Shown here one piece after another: positions 14,696 to 27,064 of a stretch of 64,000 nucleotides of DNA. The position numbers were made by a program, and so were the translations under genes. Under the pieces are notes generated by a model that searched no databases, was not told the origin of the DNA, and worked only from the letters and a program-made list of their open reading frames with translations. The DNA lies in contig OX597839.1 of the NCBI GenBank assembly GCA_951406725.2, positions 22,010,001 to 22,074,000 of the forward strand, read 5' to 3'. Within the stretch, counting starts at the first letter, position 1; each line of letters starts with the position of its first letter. Source of the stretch: Octopus vulgaris. Lineage: Eukaryota.

Positions 14696-17086
14696 GTAAG
14701 AAATGATTCGTAAATTTTTTACTTTTTAAACTCTAAATTAAATATAACCAGAGAGAATAGATGGAGGGATGGGTGGGTCCCCTCCCCCCTCCCAGGTTGT
14801 GTACGTCTTCTGTAACAAATGAGTATAGGTGCTGCCCTCTAGTGTTGCTTAAATTTTGATGATGGTCAGCTGCTGATTGGAGGTCAAGTATTTTGTAGTC
14901 TTGAAGAGGAAGGGTTTTTGTTTTGGGTGCAGGTTTATGTCGACCACTAGGAAAGATTTTGAGAGATTGTGAAGCCTGGCATTTGGTGTGATTTTGAAGG
15001 TTTTAATGCTAGGTTACTTCTTGCGCCCATGCCATTATTGAAAAACCAGTGTTAGGACAAGATAACCAGGAAAACTATGTGTGGTTGCTCAACCAATTAG
15101 AAAGAACAGCCAAATGTCCATCATCATCATTTAGTGTCTGTTTTCCATGCTGGCATGGGTTAGATGGTTTGACTGGAACTGATAAGCCAGAGAGCTGTAC
15201 CAGGTTCCAGTCTGATTTGGCATGGTTTCTATGGCTGGATGCCCTCCCTAGAGCCAACCACTCCAAGAGTGTAATGGGTGCTTTTCACATGCCACCGAAC
15301 ATCATATTTGTTTATAAAGAAAAGAAGACCTGTTTGATAATATAGAGCCAGTTTGAATGTCTGGAAAAGAATGGTAAATCCATCGAATGTTTTTGTTAAG
15401 TCTGTCCAGTTCAGCTTGATGAAGGGCAAAACATTTTCTGTTAGAATACAGGACACATGTCGTTAGGTCTAGTTTCAGATTTCAATCATATCATCATCAT
15501 CATCATCCGCTTTCCATGTTAGCATGGGTTGGACGGTTCAACTGGGGTCTGGCAAGCCCGAAGGCTGCACCAGACCAGTCAGATCTGGCAGTGTTTCTAC
15601 AGCTGGATGCCCTTCCTAACGCCAACCACTCCGAGAGTGTAGTGGGTGATTTTATGTGCCACCGACACAGGTGCCAGACGAGGCTGGGCTCGGATGGTGT
15701 TTTTTATGTGCCACCGACACAGGTGCCAGAAGTGGCTGGCAGACGCGGTTATGGTTATGTGCCACCGACACAGGTGCCAGACGAGGCTGGCGAACGGCCA
15801 CGATCGGATGGTGTTTTTTATGTGCCACTGACACAGGTGCCAGACGAGGCTGGCAGATGCGGTTATGGTTATTTAAAACCGAATATGTTGTATATGGAGC
15901 CTGTGCTGATGGCACATAACAAACACCTGTGTTAGTACCATTTAACAAACACCTGTGTTAGTACCATGTAGCAAGCACTTGTATTGGTGCCGCATAAAAG
16001 GCATTCATGCTGGTGTCACATAACAAGAACCTACGTTGGTGTCACATAAAAAGCACGCAGTACATTATAGGAAGGGCCTCCAGCCATAGGAACTAAGTCA
16101 AAACACACAATAGAGCCTGGTGCAGCTCTAAGCCTTGCCAGCTCCTAACACACTGTCCAACCCTTGCCAGTATGGAGAATGGGTGCTAAATGGTGGTGGT
16201 ATTTTCTCTTTTTGTGTATGAGTGGGGAGGTGACTGACCAATAATCGGTTCCCCATATTGATTCACAGACTTGTCATAACCCTTCCATATCATTCTCATT
16301 GTTTTAACCCCTTACCCAACATTTGAAAATATTTTGAAAATAAATGTATTTTTTCAGACATATTTTTTATTAGTTTCAGTCAATACATGCTCTATAACTC
16401 TTTCATCTATATACAAAGAAAAAAAATCAAAAGGACTCATTGTCACTGCCAGACGTATAAAGTGAGCGAATATACTCGTATATGTCAAAAAAGAGTTTAT
16501 AATAGACGAAGGAACTCGTTTGCTGTCGATTTTGGCGAGTCTATCTTTCGACGAGTTAACTCGCCAGAGATAGAAAAAAAACGATTTCGGTCAAAACGCA
16601 TATATTCGTTTCTGCCGGGTAAGGGGTTAACATCCACATTTCCATACTTGCCTGAGCCAGATGGAATTTGTTGAAACAGATTGTCTATGGCTGGATGTCC
16701 TTCCTGTAGCCAACCTTCACCTCTTTCTAAATAAGATAGTATTTCATTCCCTGGCTGAACTTGTTTTCGTGTAAGATTAGAAACTAACACCATCACTTGT
16801 ATGATGGTGGTACTTGTTTTCAACGATCACACAATCACAAAACAAGGACACACGGACACACACACACGCAGTGGGCTTATTTGAGGTTCCCTCTGTCAAA
16901 TCCATTCACAAGGCTTTGGTTGATCCCAAGGCTATAGGAGGAGACTCTTGCCCAAAGTGACATCTAGTGGGACTGAACTAGGAACCATGTAGTTGGCAAG
17001 CAAGCTTCATAACCACATAAGAATTCTGTGAAAGCATCTCACATCTGTAATAAAAACTTAAGTTTTAGTTTCATTCCTCACATATA

Positions 17087-17488
17087 GGCGCAGGAGTGGC
17101 TGTGTGGTAAGTAGCTTGCTAACCAACCACATGGGTCGCGGGTTCAGTCCCACTGCGTGGCATCTTGGGCTAGTGTCTTCTGCTATAGCCCTGGGCCGAC
17201 CAATGCCTTGTGAGTGGATTTGGTAGACGGAAACTGAAAGAAGCCTGTCGTATATATGTATATATATATATGTGTGTGTTTGTGTGTCTGTGTTTGTCCC
17301 CCTAGCATTGCTTGACAACCGATACTGGTGTGTTTACGTCCCCGTCACTTAGCGGTTCGGCAAAAGAGACCGATTGAATAAGTACTGGGCTTACAAAGAA
17401 TAAGTCCCGGGGTCGATTTGCTCGACTAAAGGCAGTGCTCCAGCATGGCCGCAGTCAAATGACTGAAACAAGTAAAAGAGTAAAGAGT
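17087..17488 (+). mobile_element. tRNA-headed SINE family A (~400 bp, internal (TA)n(TG)n, AAAGAGT tail). Other copies: ~1017-1408(-), 2991-3404(-), 9958-10380(+), 28296-28686(+), 32095-32455(-), 33994-34415(-), 41194-41540(+), 47156-47532(+), 60686-61090(+), plus fragments
   Basis: Many near-identical dispersed copies; A-box-like TGGCTGTGTGG and B-box-like GGTTCAGTCCC; simple-repeat 3' tail. Confidence 0.9.
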
Positions 17489-17620
17489 ATATACAGATCT
17501 AAGGAAGATTTAAATGTTGTCCTCTGAGTTCTTTGAATTCTTGTAAACCTCCCCATCCTACTCAAAGTATCTTTCCATTGTAAAAAGCAAATTATTAAAG
17601 CCCCTGATGTTGTGTTGCAG

Positions 17621-17749
17621 GCACAGCTAGAGATTGATAAAGCATTGCAGGATGATCCTTCAGTTTATGAATACGACAAAATCTACGATGACATACAATC
17701 AGAGAAAATCAAAACTGATCTTTTGTTAAAAACCAAAGCAGACAAAAAG
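17621..17749 (+). CDS. NSRP1: NSRP1 coding exon (DUF2040 / NSRP1_N region)
   Basis: ttgcag|GCA...AAG|gtatgt; AQLEIDKALQDDPSVYEYDKIYDDIQSEKIKTDLLLKTKADKK contains the diagnostic KAL.ED.TVYEYD.IYD-type motif; phase 0/0. Confidence 0.95.
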
Positions 17750-17774
17750 GTATGTGTTTAATCCGTTAGCATCT

Positions 17775-18134
17775 AAACTGGCCATATCTGGCTCAAATAT
17801 TGCTGTGTGTTCGAACTGACCATATCTGGCTCAAATATTGTTGTGTGTTCAAACTGGCCATATCTGGCTCAAATATTGTTGTGTGTTCAAACTGACCATA
17901 TCTGGCTCAAATATTGTTGTGTGTTCAAACTGACCATATCTGGCTCAAATATTGTTGTGTGTTCAAACTGACCATATCTGGCTCAAATATTGTTGTGTGT
18001 TCAAACTGACCATATCTGGCTCAAATATTGTTGTGTGTTCAAACTGACCATATCTGGCTCAAATATTGTTGTGTGTTCAAACTGACCATATCTGGCTCAA
18101 ATATTGTTGTGTGTTCAAACTGACCAAATCTGGC
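17775..18134. repeat. 38-bp minisatellite, 9 full units plus a partial, inside a piggyBac MITE
   Basis: Unit aaactgaccatatctggctcaaatattgttgtgtgttc. Confidence 0.95.
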
Positions 18135-20203
18135 CTTTCACATCTACCCTACAATGACATTCTAAAAGAACAATTAATTCCAAACAATTTGAATAAATAA
18201 GCATTACTACGTTTGACAGAATATAATCTGAAGGCTTAAAATAAAAGTAACACCATTCTTTTCCTTCTTTTGAATCATCATCATCATCGTTTAACGTCCG
18301 TTCTCCATGCTAGCATGGGTTGGACGGTTCGACCGGGGATCTGGGAAGCCAGAAGGCTGCACCAGGCTCCGGTCTTATCTGGCAACGTTTCTACAGCTGG
18401 ATGCCCTTCCTAACGCCAACCACTCCGTGAGTGTAGTGGGTGCTTTTTACGTGCCACGGTCGGATTGGTGCATTTTATGGAAGCCAGTCGAGGCGGCACT
18501 GGCTTCGGCCACGATTCAGATGGTGCTCTTTACGTTCCACCGACACGGAAGCCAGTCGAGTAATTATTTAGTAGTTTAAAGCAGCAAGTTAGCAGTGTTG
18601 TTATCTTGTCTGGAAAATGCTTAGCAACATTTCGTCCATCTTTACCTTCATAATCATCATCATCATTTAACGTCCATTGTCCATGCTGGCATGGGTTGGA
18701 CTGTTTGATTGGGGGTGGTAAGCTGGAAGGCTGCACCAGACTCCAGACTGATTTGGCATGGTTTTCTATGGCTGGATGCCCTTCCTAATGCCAACTAATC
18801 CGAGAGTGTAATAGGTACTTTTACATGCCACTCGCACAGGTACCATTTGTGTGACACTGGGTGTGTTTATGTGCCATCGGCATGGGTGCCAATTTGTGTG
18901 ACACCGGTATCTGCCACGGCTGAGATTTTGCTCGGCTTTTTGGATCTTCTTCTCCAGCACAACACAATGCTGAGTTCAAATTTTGTTGAGGTCAACTTTG
19001 CAGAGTCAATGAAATAAGTACCAGTTGAATATTGGGGGTCACTATGATCAACTTATGTCTGCCTCCAAACTTACCAGTGCTCTCTATATTCTGGGTTCAA
19101 TTGCCACCTGTCTGGCGAGGAAACCACCCAGTATCTATCGCAACTCTAATCAGGGTGACTAACGTTCCAGTAATCTTGTATTTAACAGTAACAGGGTGGT
19201 GGGTGGGGGGTGAGCCTTCCCAGGTAGTATAGAGTTTGTGAAGACCATTAGACTACTATGGACATCAAATGATAGGAACAACAATAGAAATACTAAACTG
19301 GGGGGTTTTTTTCTGCTGAATCTTGCAGGATAATAATAATAATAATAATAATAAACATTGTGTACAGTGCTCAGGTGCACTACAACTCATCTAAAGTGCA
19401 TATATAATCAGGTGTAGTTTCGACGGATTTCGGAAAGCATGAGGGCCTTAAAGGATGCAGTGTCATGGCAGTCAACAACTGACGCAGGCAGTTTATTCCA
19501 TGCTTCAGCGACTCTGAGCGTGAAGAAATGTTTCCGAAAGTCATGGGAGCTGTGTTGTTTTCTGACTTTGTAGGATATTGATCACGAAGTGGACTTTTGT
19601 TTTTCATAATTTTCTTGCTCTCTTTTCCACTTCCATTTTAATTTTGTATTATTTCTAAATTATTTTCTTTGATGTCCTCTGTACTTTTATCTTGTTTGTA
19701 CTTTACTTTTCATATTATATCTCGAGATGCACACATACACAAACATACTAGCATACACCCACAAATATGAGATACGTGGCCCAGTTGTACCTCAGTCAAG
19801 TTTCTTCTCTTTATACAGAGTATCTGGGTTAAGTATGTCTATTCAGGGTATCTGGGTCAGTGTGTAAGTACATAGGGGTATCTAGACCAAATCCAATTTG
19901 TGTAATATTGGTTTTAGTCTCCTTGACAAGAAATTCATGGATATATATTGGTGGAAGATATATATATATATAAATATATATATATAAATAAATATATAAA
20001 TAAATATATAATAAATAAATATATATATAAATATATATATAGGCATAGGAGTGGATGTGTGGTAAGCAGCTTGCTTACCAACCACATGGTTCCGGGTTCA
20101 GTCCCACTGTGTGGCACCTTGGGCAAGTGTCTTCTACTATACTCTCGGGCTGACCAAAGCCTTGTGAGTGGATTTGGTAGACGCAAACTGAAAGAAGCCC
20201 GTC

Positions 20204-20249
<46 letters not shown>

Positions 20250-20442
20250 TTGTTAGAAATAGCAGACAAAAGACTACTAATTCCTTTTACTACAAAAATA
20301 AGTCTCCACAGACAACAATATTTGTAACTCACATATGGCAAAAAAAAAAAGAAGAAAAATAATGAAATCAAACAGTCTTCGGTTAATTATGGACGTACGT
20401 TTCTGGATTAGAATCAAAGACTCATTTCCTTTATCAACATAA

Positions 20443-20942
20443 TCTCTCTATATATAAATGGCAGTTTGTCTGTGTGTGTGTCTGACAACAGCTTTCAACC
20501 GATTCTGATGAAACTTGACACACACATAGCCCAATGTCATAATTCAAAACTAACGCAGCGAAAAATTTTGTAAAGTTCCCCCAGTTCTGAAAAAAATTGA
20601 TAAATTCGACATGGGGTTGAAAACCTAAGCTTTTTATATTCAACACATTTTCTGTTGTAGTTTTCGCAACTTGCAATCGAATTTCACCAAAGTCATGGTG
20701 AAGCTTAATGTTACCCTAAGAAACTTAATTCTGACGTTAGTTTTCCATGCAATACCTTACCATCAGAAAAAATCAATAAAATCATGCCATTTTGGGAAAT
20801 CGCGTTCAAATTCAAGATGACATATTTTCGACAATATCTTTCACAAATTGGCAGGAAATTAGAGGGAAACGACTAGATTGGGATTAGTCGTTGCCTACTA
20901 GGGGCTCTTACATACCCGGGCAACGCCGGGCTACGCTACTAG
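20443..20942 (+). mobile_element. Non-autonomous Helitron (500 bp)
   Basis: A|TCTCTCTATATATAAA... 5' end; GC-rich hairpin CCCGG GCAACG CCGGG (20915-20930) just before the terminal CTAG|T; no TSD. Confidence 0.8.
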
Positions 20943-21355
20943 TATTTCTATAAATCTAGAAATGCTAGGAAAACCTACCTCCTATATTTTCGATGAATCG
21001 ACATCGAAAAATATAAAAGCCAATCAGCATATCCACATTTATATAGACAAGTGAATTCGTATTTCCCTCCAGAATTTTTACCACGTGATTTCATTATTTT
21101 TCTTCTTTTTTTTTTTTGCCATATGTGAGTTACAAATATTGTTGTCTCCACAGACAACAATATTTGTAACTAAAATTTCCGGTATGTGGTTAAGCAACTT
21201 GTTGCAAAAAACCCTTATTATTATAATTATATAAATTTTTACCGAATATGGTCCTTTTCCATACCGAAATACTACTAGGTGAAATTTGTTGATTGTATTA
21301 AATTAATTATATTTCACCCTATATCTGTAATGAATATATATATATATATATATAA

Positions 21356-21420
<65 letters not shown>

Positions 21421-21424
<4 letters not shown>

Positions 21425-21578
21425 TAAATTAGAGACAAAACCACTATTATGCAAATCAAACAAAGAAAGACTTAAGCCAATACATAAAATAATTTAATAT
21501 ATATAAATTATTTTATGTATTGGCTTAAGTTTTTCATTGTTTGATTTGCCTAATGTGGTTTTGTCTCTAATTTAATAT
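21421..21578. repeat. Imperfect palindrome within (TA)n
   Basis: atattaaattagagacaaaaccac...cttaagccaatacataaaataatt / aattattttatgtattggcttaag...gtggttttgtctctaatttaatat. Confidence 0.8.
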
Positions 21579-21855
21579 AATATAATATTTTACTATAAAA
21601 TTGGATTCAATCCTAAATCTGATTTTTCCTTGTAAGTTTGGGTTTATTACCTAATATTTATTATATAAATAAATATATATATATATAAATAGTTATATAT
21701 ATTTGTGTATGTATATATATAAATAAATATATATATAAATATTATGAGACTGGGTCTGTTCTAATTGTCTTGTGTCAAAGTTAGTGCCTTAATTAGTTAA
21801 TCTCTTCTTTGGCCAATTTTTAATGAAATCCCTGTGACTCTGTTTGTCTTTGCAG

Positions 21856-22063
21856 CCCAAGTATATTGAGGGTCTATTGAAAGCGGCCGCGAGTCGGAAG
21901 AAGGAACAGGAGAAACGTACAGAGAGGAAGATCCAGCAGGAGCGTGAGGCGGAGGGTGAAGAGTTTAGAGACAAAGAGGAGTTTGTTACATCAGCCTACA
22001 AGAAGAAGCTACTGGAACTACAGGAAGAAGAAGAGAGAGAAAAGAAAGAAGCCGAGATGGAAG
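21856..22063 (+). CDS. NSRP1: NSRP1 coding exon (coiled coil)
   Basis: tttgcag|CCC...GAA G|gtaaat; PKYIEGLLKAAASRKKEQEKRTERKIQQEREAEGEEFRDKEEFVTSAYKKKL...; phase 0/1. Confidence 0.96.
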
Positions 22064-22351
22064 GTAAATGAGGATGCTTTAATGTGCTAATTGTTGGGGT
22101 GCTAATTAGTGAGACAACAATGGTAGTGATCGTCGTTTTATTACCTCTCCCTTAGCGAAAGCAGAGGTATTGTTTTCAGTCTCATTTGTTTGTTTGTCTA
22201 CAGACAAGATATCTCAAGAACAGCTGGATGGATTCAGATGAAACTCTCAGGGATGTTTGGCCTCATGACTGGCACACACTGATTAGATTTTTGGAATCGA
22301 TCCGGTACTGGACAAGGATTCAGGATTTTTTGTTATATTTACTTTACATGA

Positions 22352-22843
22352 ACAATGGCAGCGTGGAAGGTGTTTGTAAGCCATTTAAGAAACACACAAA
22401 AGCCGTTCAATTCACTTCAACATTTAAGTTTAGTTTGTCAAAATATTTTCGTCGCTAAAATCCGCGACCGTGATGCAGCACGGATTTTTGTCAGTAAACA
22501 GGTCGCGGATTTTAGCGACGAAAATATTTTGACAAATTAAACTTAACCCTTTAGCATTTAAACCGGCCATATCCGGCCAAAAGTATTCTGCCTGTTTTAT
22601 GTTCAAACTAGCCATATCTGGTCTCTCACACCAACCCTACAATATCGTTTTAAAAATTAACAGCTACCTCATCAAAATCTCATAGCTACAAGATAATGAA
22701 TGATTAGTTCAAAGCAATGTGGATGAAAAAGCTTTAATTATGGCAGAATAATGCGAACACTAAAGGGTTAAATGTTGAAGTGAATTGAACGGCTTTTGTG
22801 TGTTTCTTAAATGGCTTACAAACACCTTCCACACTACTATTGT
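22352..22843. mobile_element. Foldback element (~118-bp arms, ~31-bp spacer) with the right arm split by the MITE
   Basis: 22352-22469 is the reverse complement of 22501-22546 joined to 22772-22843. Confidence 0.85.
22547..22767. mobile_element. piggyBac-type MITE family 1 (221 bp, TTAA TSD); intact copies also at 10596-10816 and ~36547-36767, plus many decayed copies
   Basis: TTAA|CCCTTTAG...CTAAAGGG|TTAA. Confidence 0.9.
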
Positions 22844-24047
22844 TTTCGTTTCAGCACACGATCTCAGATCAAGTCACTTGCTATGCGAGTACATCTCCGT
22901 AATTACTTTACATGATTACGGTCTTATGAGTTTAAATTCCACTGAGGTTGGCTTTGTCTTTCAGTCTTTTGGGGGTTGATAAAATAAGTACCAGTTGAAC
23001 ACGGGTTGATTTGACTCATCCCCACCTTCCTCAAGCTGCTCCTGTGGCAAAAATTTGAAGCCTTGTGAGTGGATTTGGTAGACGGAAACTGAAAGATTTG
23101 CTCGACTAAAAGGCGGTGCTCCAGCATGGCCACAGTCAAACAACTAAAACTAAAAACATCATATAAGATGGTGAGCTGGCAGAATCGTTAGCATGCCTGG
23201 TGAATTGCTTAGCAGTATTTTGTCTGCCATTTCATACTGCGTTCAAATTTAGTACCAGTGAAACACTGGGGTTGATGTCATCATCTTTCCCCTCTCCCAA
23301 AGTTTCAGGCCTTGTGCCTATAGTAGAAAGGATTATTATTATTATTAAGGTGGCAAGCTGGGGTTGACTCTGCCTGCCATCCTTTCAAGGTCAATAAATT
23401 AAGTACCAGTTGAGTACTGGGGTTGACTTACTCCCTCCCCTTGACTTGCTGACCGTGTGCCGAAATTTGAAATCATTATTATTATTATTACTCTGCAGTG
23501 AAATACTGAGGTCAACTTAATCAGCTGACCCCTCCCCTCAAAATTGCCGACCATGTACCCGAATCAGAAACTGCTACTGTTGTTGTTGTTCTGAATCTGT
23601 GTCCATGACAAGTGGCACAGACCATGGCTGACGACGATGGTGGAGGCGGAGGGGACTTGGCAGGTAAATATTGTTGTTTCCTTATTTTGGTTAAGAACAA
23701 TAATAATGTGGTGCAGAAGCTTGCTTCCCAACCCCACGTTTCTGGATCCCCACTCCCATTCTGTGGGCATGCCATCTTTGGGTTGACCAAAGCCTTGTGA
23801 GTGGATTTGGTAGATGGAAACTGAAAAAGAAGCCTGTCATATATTGGGTAACAGACTTTTTCATGGCTGAATATCTTTGATCATTTGCTCAGTCAGGGCT
23901 GATCTTAACCCCTTACCCAACAATTATTTTGAAAATAAATGTATTTTTTCAGACATATTTTAATACTATGTTTTGAATGGTGATTTCGAGGTATATTCTC
24001 TTATTTATTATGAATTTTAATTCAATAATATTCATTTTAAATTCCAG

Positions 24048-24165
24048 CTTTGTTGGACGTTACCAAACAGAAAGACCTGAGTGGCTTCTACAGGTTCTTG
24101 TATCAACAGACAAGTGGCACAGACCCACAAGCTGACGACGATGGTGGAGGCGGAGGGGATGGCAG
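24048..24165 (+). CDS. NSRP1: NSRP1 coding exon
   Basis: ttccag|CT TTG TTG GAC...GGC AG|gtaaat; (A)LLDVTKQKDLSGFYRFLYQQTSG..., with the conserved LDVTKQKDLSGFYR; phase 1/2. Acceptor context may be mis-assembled (see findings). Confidence 0.92.
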
Positions 24166-24397
24166 GTAAATATTGTTTGTTTCCTTATTTGGGTTAAGAA
24201 CAATAATAATGTGGTGAGAAGCTTGCTTCCCAACCCCACGTTTCTGGATCCCCACTCCCATTCTGTGGGCATGCTATAGCTTTGGGTTGACCAAAGCCTT
24301 GTGAGTGGATTTGGTAGATGGAAACTGAAAAAGAAGCCTGTCATATATTGGGTAACAGACTTTTTTGTGAATAGGGAGGCATTTCACATAGGTTTAA

Positions 24398-24694
24398 CCC
24401 CTTACCCAACAATTATTTTGAAAATAAATGTATTTTTTCAGACATATTTTTTAATACTATGTTTTGAATGGTGATTTCGAGGTATATTTCAAACCTTATT
24501 TATTATGAATTTTAATTCAATAATATTCATTTTAAATTACCGCTTTGGGCAGAAACGAGTTAACCCGTTTTTAGACGAAGGAACTCGTTTGCTGTCGATT
24601 TTGGCAAGTCTATCTTTTGACGAGTTAACTCGCCAGAGATAGAAAAAAACGATTTCGGTCAAAACGAATATATTCGTTTCTGCCGGGTAAGGGG
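24398..24694. mobile_element. piggyBac-type MITE family 2; related copy at 16308-16626
   Basis: TTAA|CCCCTTACCC...GGGTAAGGGG|TTAA. Confidence 0.85.
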
Positions 24695-25409
24695 TTAACA
24701 TACCACTGAAAATGGATGCAAGAACAGATGTAGTTAGACTTCTATCATTTTGAGAGAAAATTTTTTTTGTTTGGTGAACAGAAAAATTTTGTCTTTTGAA
24801 AAGAGGATTTTTATAGAAATGTGACATTTAAGTGTGATAATTTGCCAAAACTGACCAATATTAGAATCTTATAAGGGAAAACTAACCCTCAGTATGTGAT
24901 ATGTGAAAGAAAGATGATCCATTTGCTTTCTAAAGTGTTGAATTTTATGAAAATCCTTGTCACACCACATAGGCGCAGGAGTGGCTGTGTGGTAAGTAGC
25001 TTGCTAACCAACCACATGGGCCGCTAAGTAACGGGGACGTAAACACACCAGCATCGGTTGTCAAGCAATACTAGGGGAACAAACATAGACACACAAACAC
25101 ATACACACACACACTTATATATATATATACATACATATATACGACAGGCTTCTTTCAGTTTCCGTCTACCAAATCCACTCACAAGGCATTGGTCGGCCCG
25201 AGGCTATAGCAGAAGACACTTGCCCAAGGTGCCACGCAGTGGGACTGAACCCGGAACCATGTGGTTGGTTAGCAAGCTACTTACCACACAGCCACTCCTG
25301 CGCCTATAATGCTTATTTATTCACATTTGTTTGCAATTAATTATGCATCATCTCATAGCTTCAAGATTTCAATGACGTGATTGTTTATTTTTAAAATGAC
25401 ATTCTAGGG

Positions 25410-25923
25410 CAGTGTTTCTCAACTTTTTTACCCTTGCATAACCCTTGAAATAAATTACATGCCTCAAGGAACCCCTGCACAAAAAATATTATATACCATA
25501 TCTTTCTTATATATTTTCATTGTAGTTCATGTGGTAAATATCATGTGTATGTATGTATATATATGTGATTGTTATAGTATTTTGATAACATGATACAGTG
25601 GCACGTAAAAAGCACCCACTACACTCTCGGAGTGGTTGGTGTTAGGAGGGGCATCCAGCTGTAGAAACTCTGCCAGATCAAGACTGGAGCCTGGTGCAGC
25701 CATCTGGCTCGCCAGCCCTCAGTCAAAATCGTCCAACCCATGCTAGCATGGAAAGTGGACGTTAAACGATGATGATGATAGATGAGATAGGATGATGTCT
25801 ATATTACAAAATAACCAATAATAGGTTGTGCATGTATAGTGACATTACAATCATGAAATTAGCTTAGCTCACTCTTTCTTGTGGATCCCTAGGGTTCTGG
25901 GGAACCCCATTTGAGAAACACTG
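25410..25923. mobile_element. hAT-Charlie-like MITE carrying a family C fragment, itself inside a decayed piggyBac MITE
   Basis: TIR CAGTGTTTCTCAA/TTGAGAAACACTG; TSD imperfect. Confidence 0.7.
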
Positions 25924-26019
25924 TTAGGGTATGTGTGAGAGGCAGAATCTGACTTGTTTAGAATATATGGGGCAGGATATGGCTGATCCCTTTCACATTC
26001 AGATTACTCTAACAAATGT

Positions 26020-26365
26020 AAAGGGTAAAGACCCCCTTCGGTCATGAATGACCATGGCATTGCACCTAGAAAGTTACCCTCCTAGATACAAGTCCGGACA
26101 AGGTTGTTTATGGAAGACCAGCAGTCGCCCATGCATACCAGCCTCCCCTCTCCACGCCACCAGTGTTACCCAAGGGAAAGGCAAAGGGGCCAGTACAGCT
26201 TGGCCCTAGTGATGTCGCAACTCATTTCTACAGCTGAGTGAACTGGAGCAACGTGAAATAAAGTGCCTTGCTCGAGAACACAACACGCAGCCCGGTCCGG
26301 GATTCGAGCTCACAACCTCACGATCGTAAGCTCGACGCTCTAACCACTGAGCCATGCGCCTTCAC
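26020..26365 (-). mobile_element. tRNA-headed SINE family D
   Basis: Minus strand begins GAAGGCGCATGGCTCAGTGGTTAGAGCG...GTGAGCTCGAATCCCGG (tRNA-like head); degenerate relatives near 14400-14585, 27970-28130, 50060-50345 and 60400-60615. Confidence 0.7.
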
Positions 26366-26564
26366 AAATGTAATCCTTATTTATTTCCATTGTTTTCAAT
26401 TAATTTTAGATCATCTCTTAACTTTGAGATTTCAATGATGAAATTGTTTAGTTTTCTTTGAATGACAAAGTGTGAGATGCCAGATCTGGTTAGTTTGGAT
26501 ATAAAACAGGTGGAATATTTTGGGCTGGGTGTGGCCAGTTTAGATCCTAAAAGTTCAAAGGATA

Positions 26565-26955
26565 ATAATACATAATAATAATAATAATAATAATTGTGTA
26601 CAGTGCTCAGGTGCACTACAACTCATCTAAAGTGTATATATAATCAGGTGTAGTTTCAGCGGATTTCGGAAAGCATGAGGGCCTTAAAGGATGCAGTGTC
26701 ATGGCAGTCAACAACTGACGCAGGCAGTTTATTCCATGCTTCAGCAACTCAGCGTGAAAAAATGTTTCCGAAAGTCATGGGAGCTGTGTTGTTTTCTGAC
26801 TTTGTAGGCATGTCCACGTGTGTTGGACATGTGGAGATCAAAAAGGTGTTCAGTGTTGTTGTTGGTGAGGTGGTTGATAACTTTGTGGGTGTTTACCAAG
26901 TCCGTCGCCAGACGCCGGAGCTTCAGTGAATCCATGCCCAGGGAAACGTGGACAT
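26565..26955 (-). mobile_element. Sister CR1-like LINE 3' fragment; further copies at ~19330-19575 and ~53200-53452
   Basis: SLKLRRLATDLVNTHKVINHL...TRGHAYKVRKQHSSHDFRKHFFTL, a typical CR1/L2 ORF2 tail; (TTA)n end. Confidence 0.85.
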
Positions 26956-27064
26956 GGCATTGCTGGTGACCAGATGTGAACCACTAACCTTGGTTGTCTG
27001 GTCTTACCTTTAGACTCTGTTCTTATCAGGAACAATATTTACCTTTGTTTTTGTTTTCTTGCAG

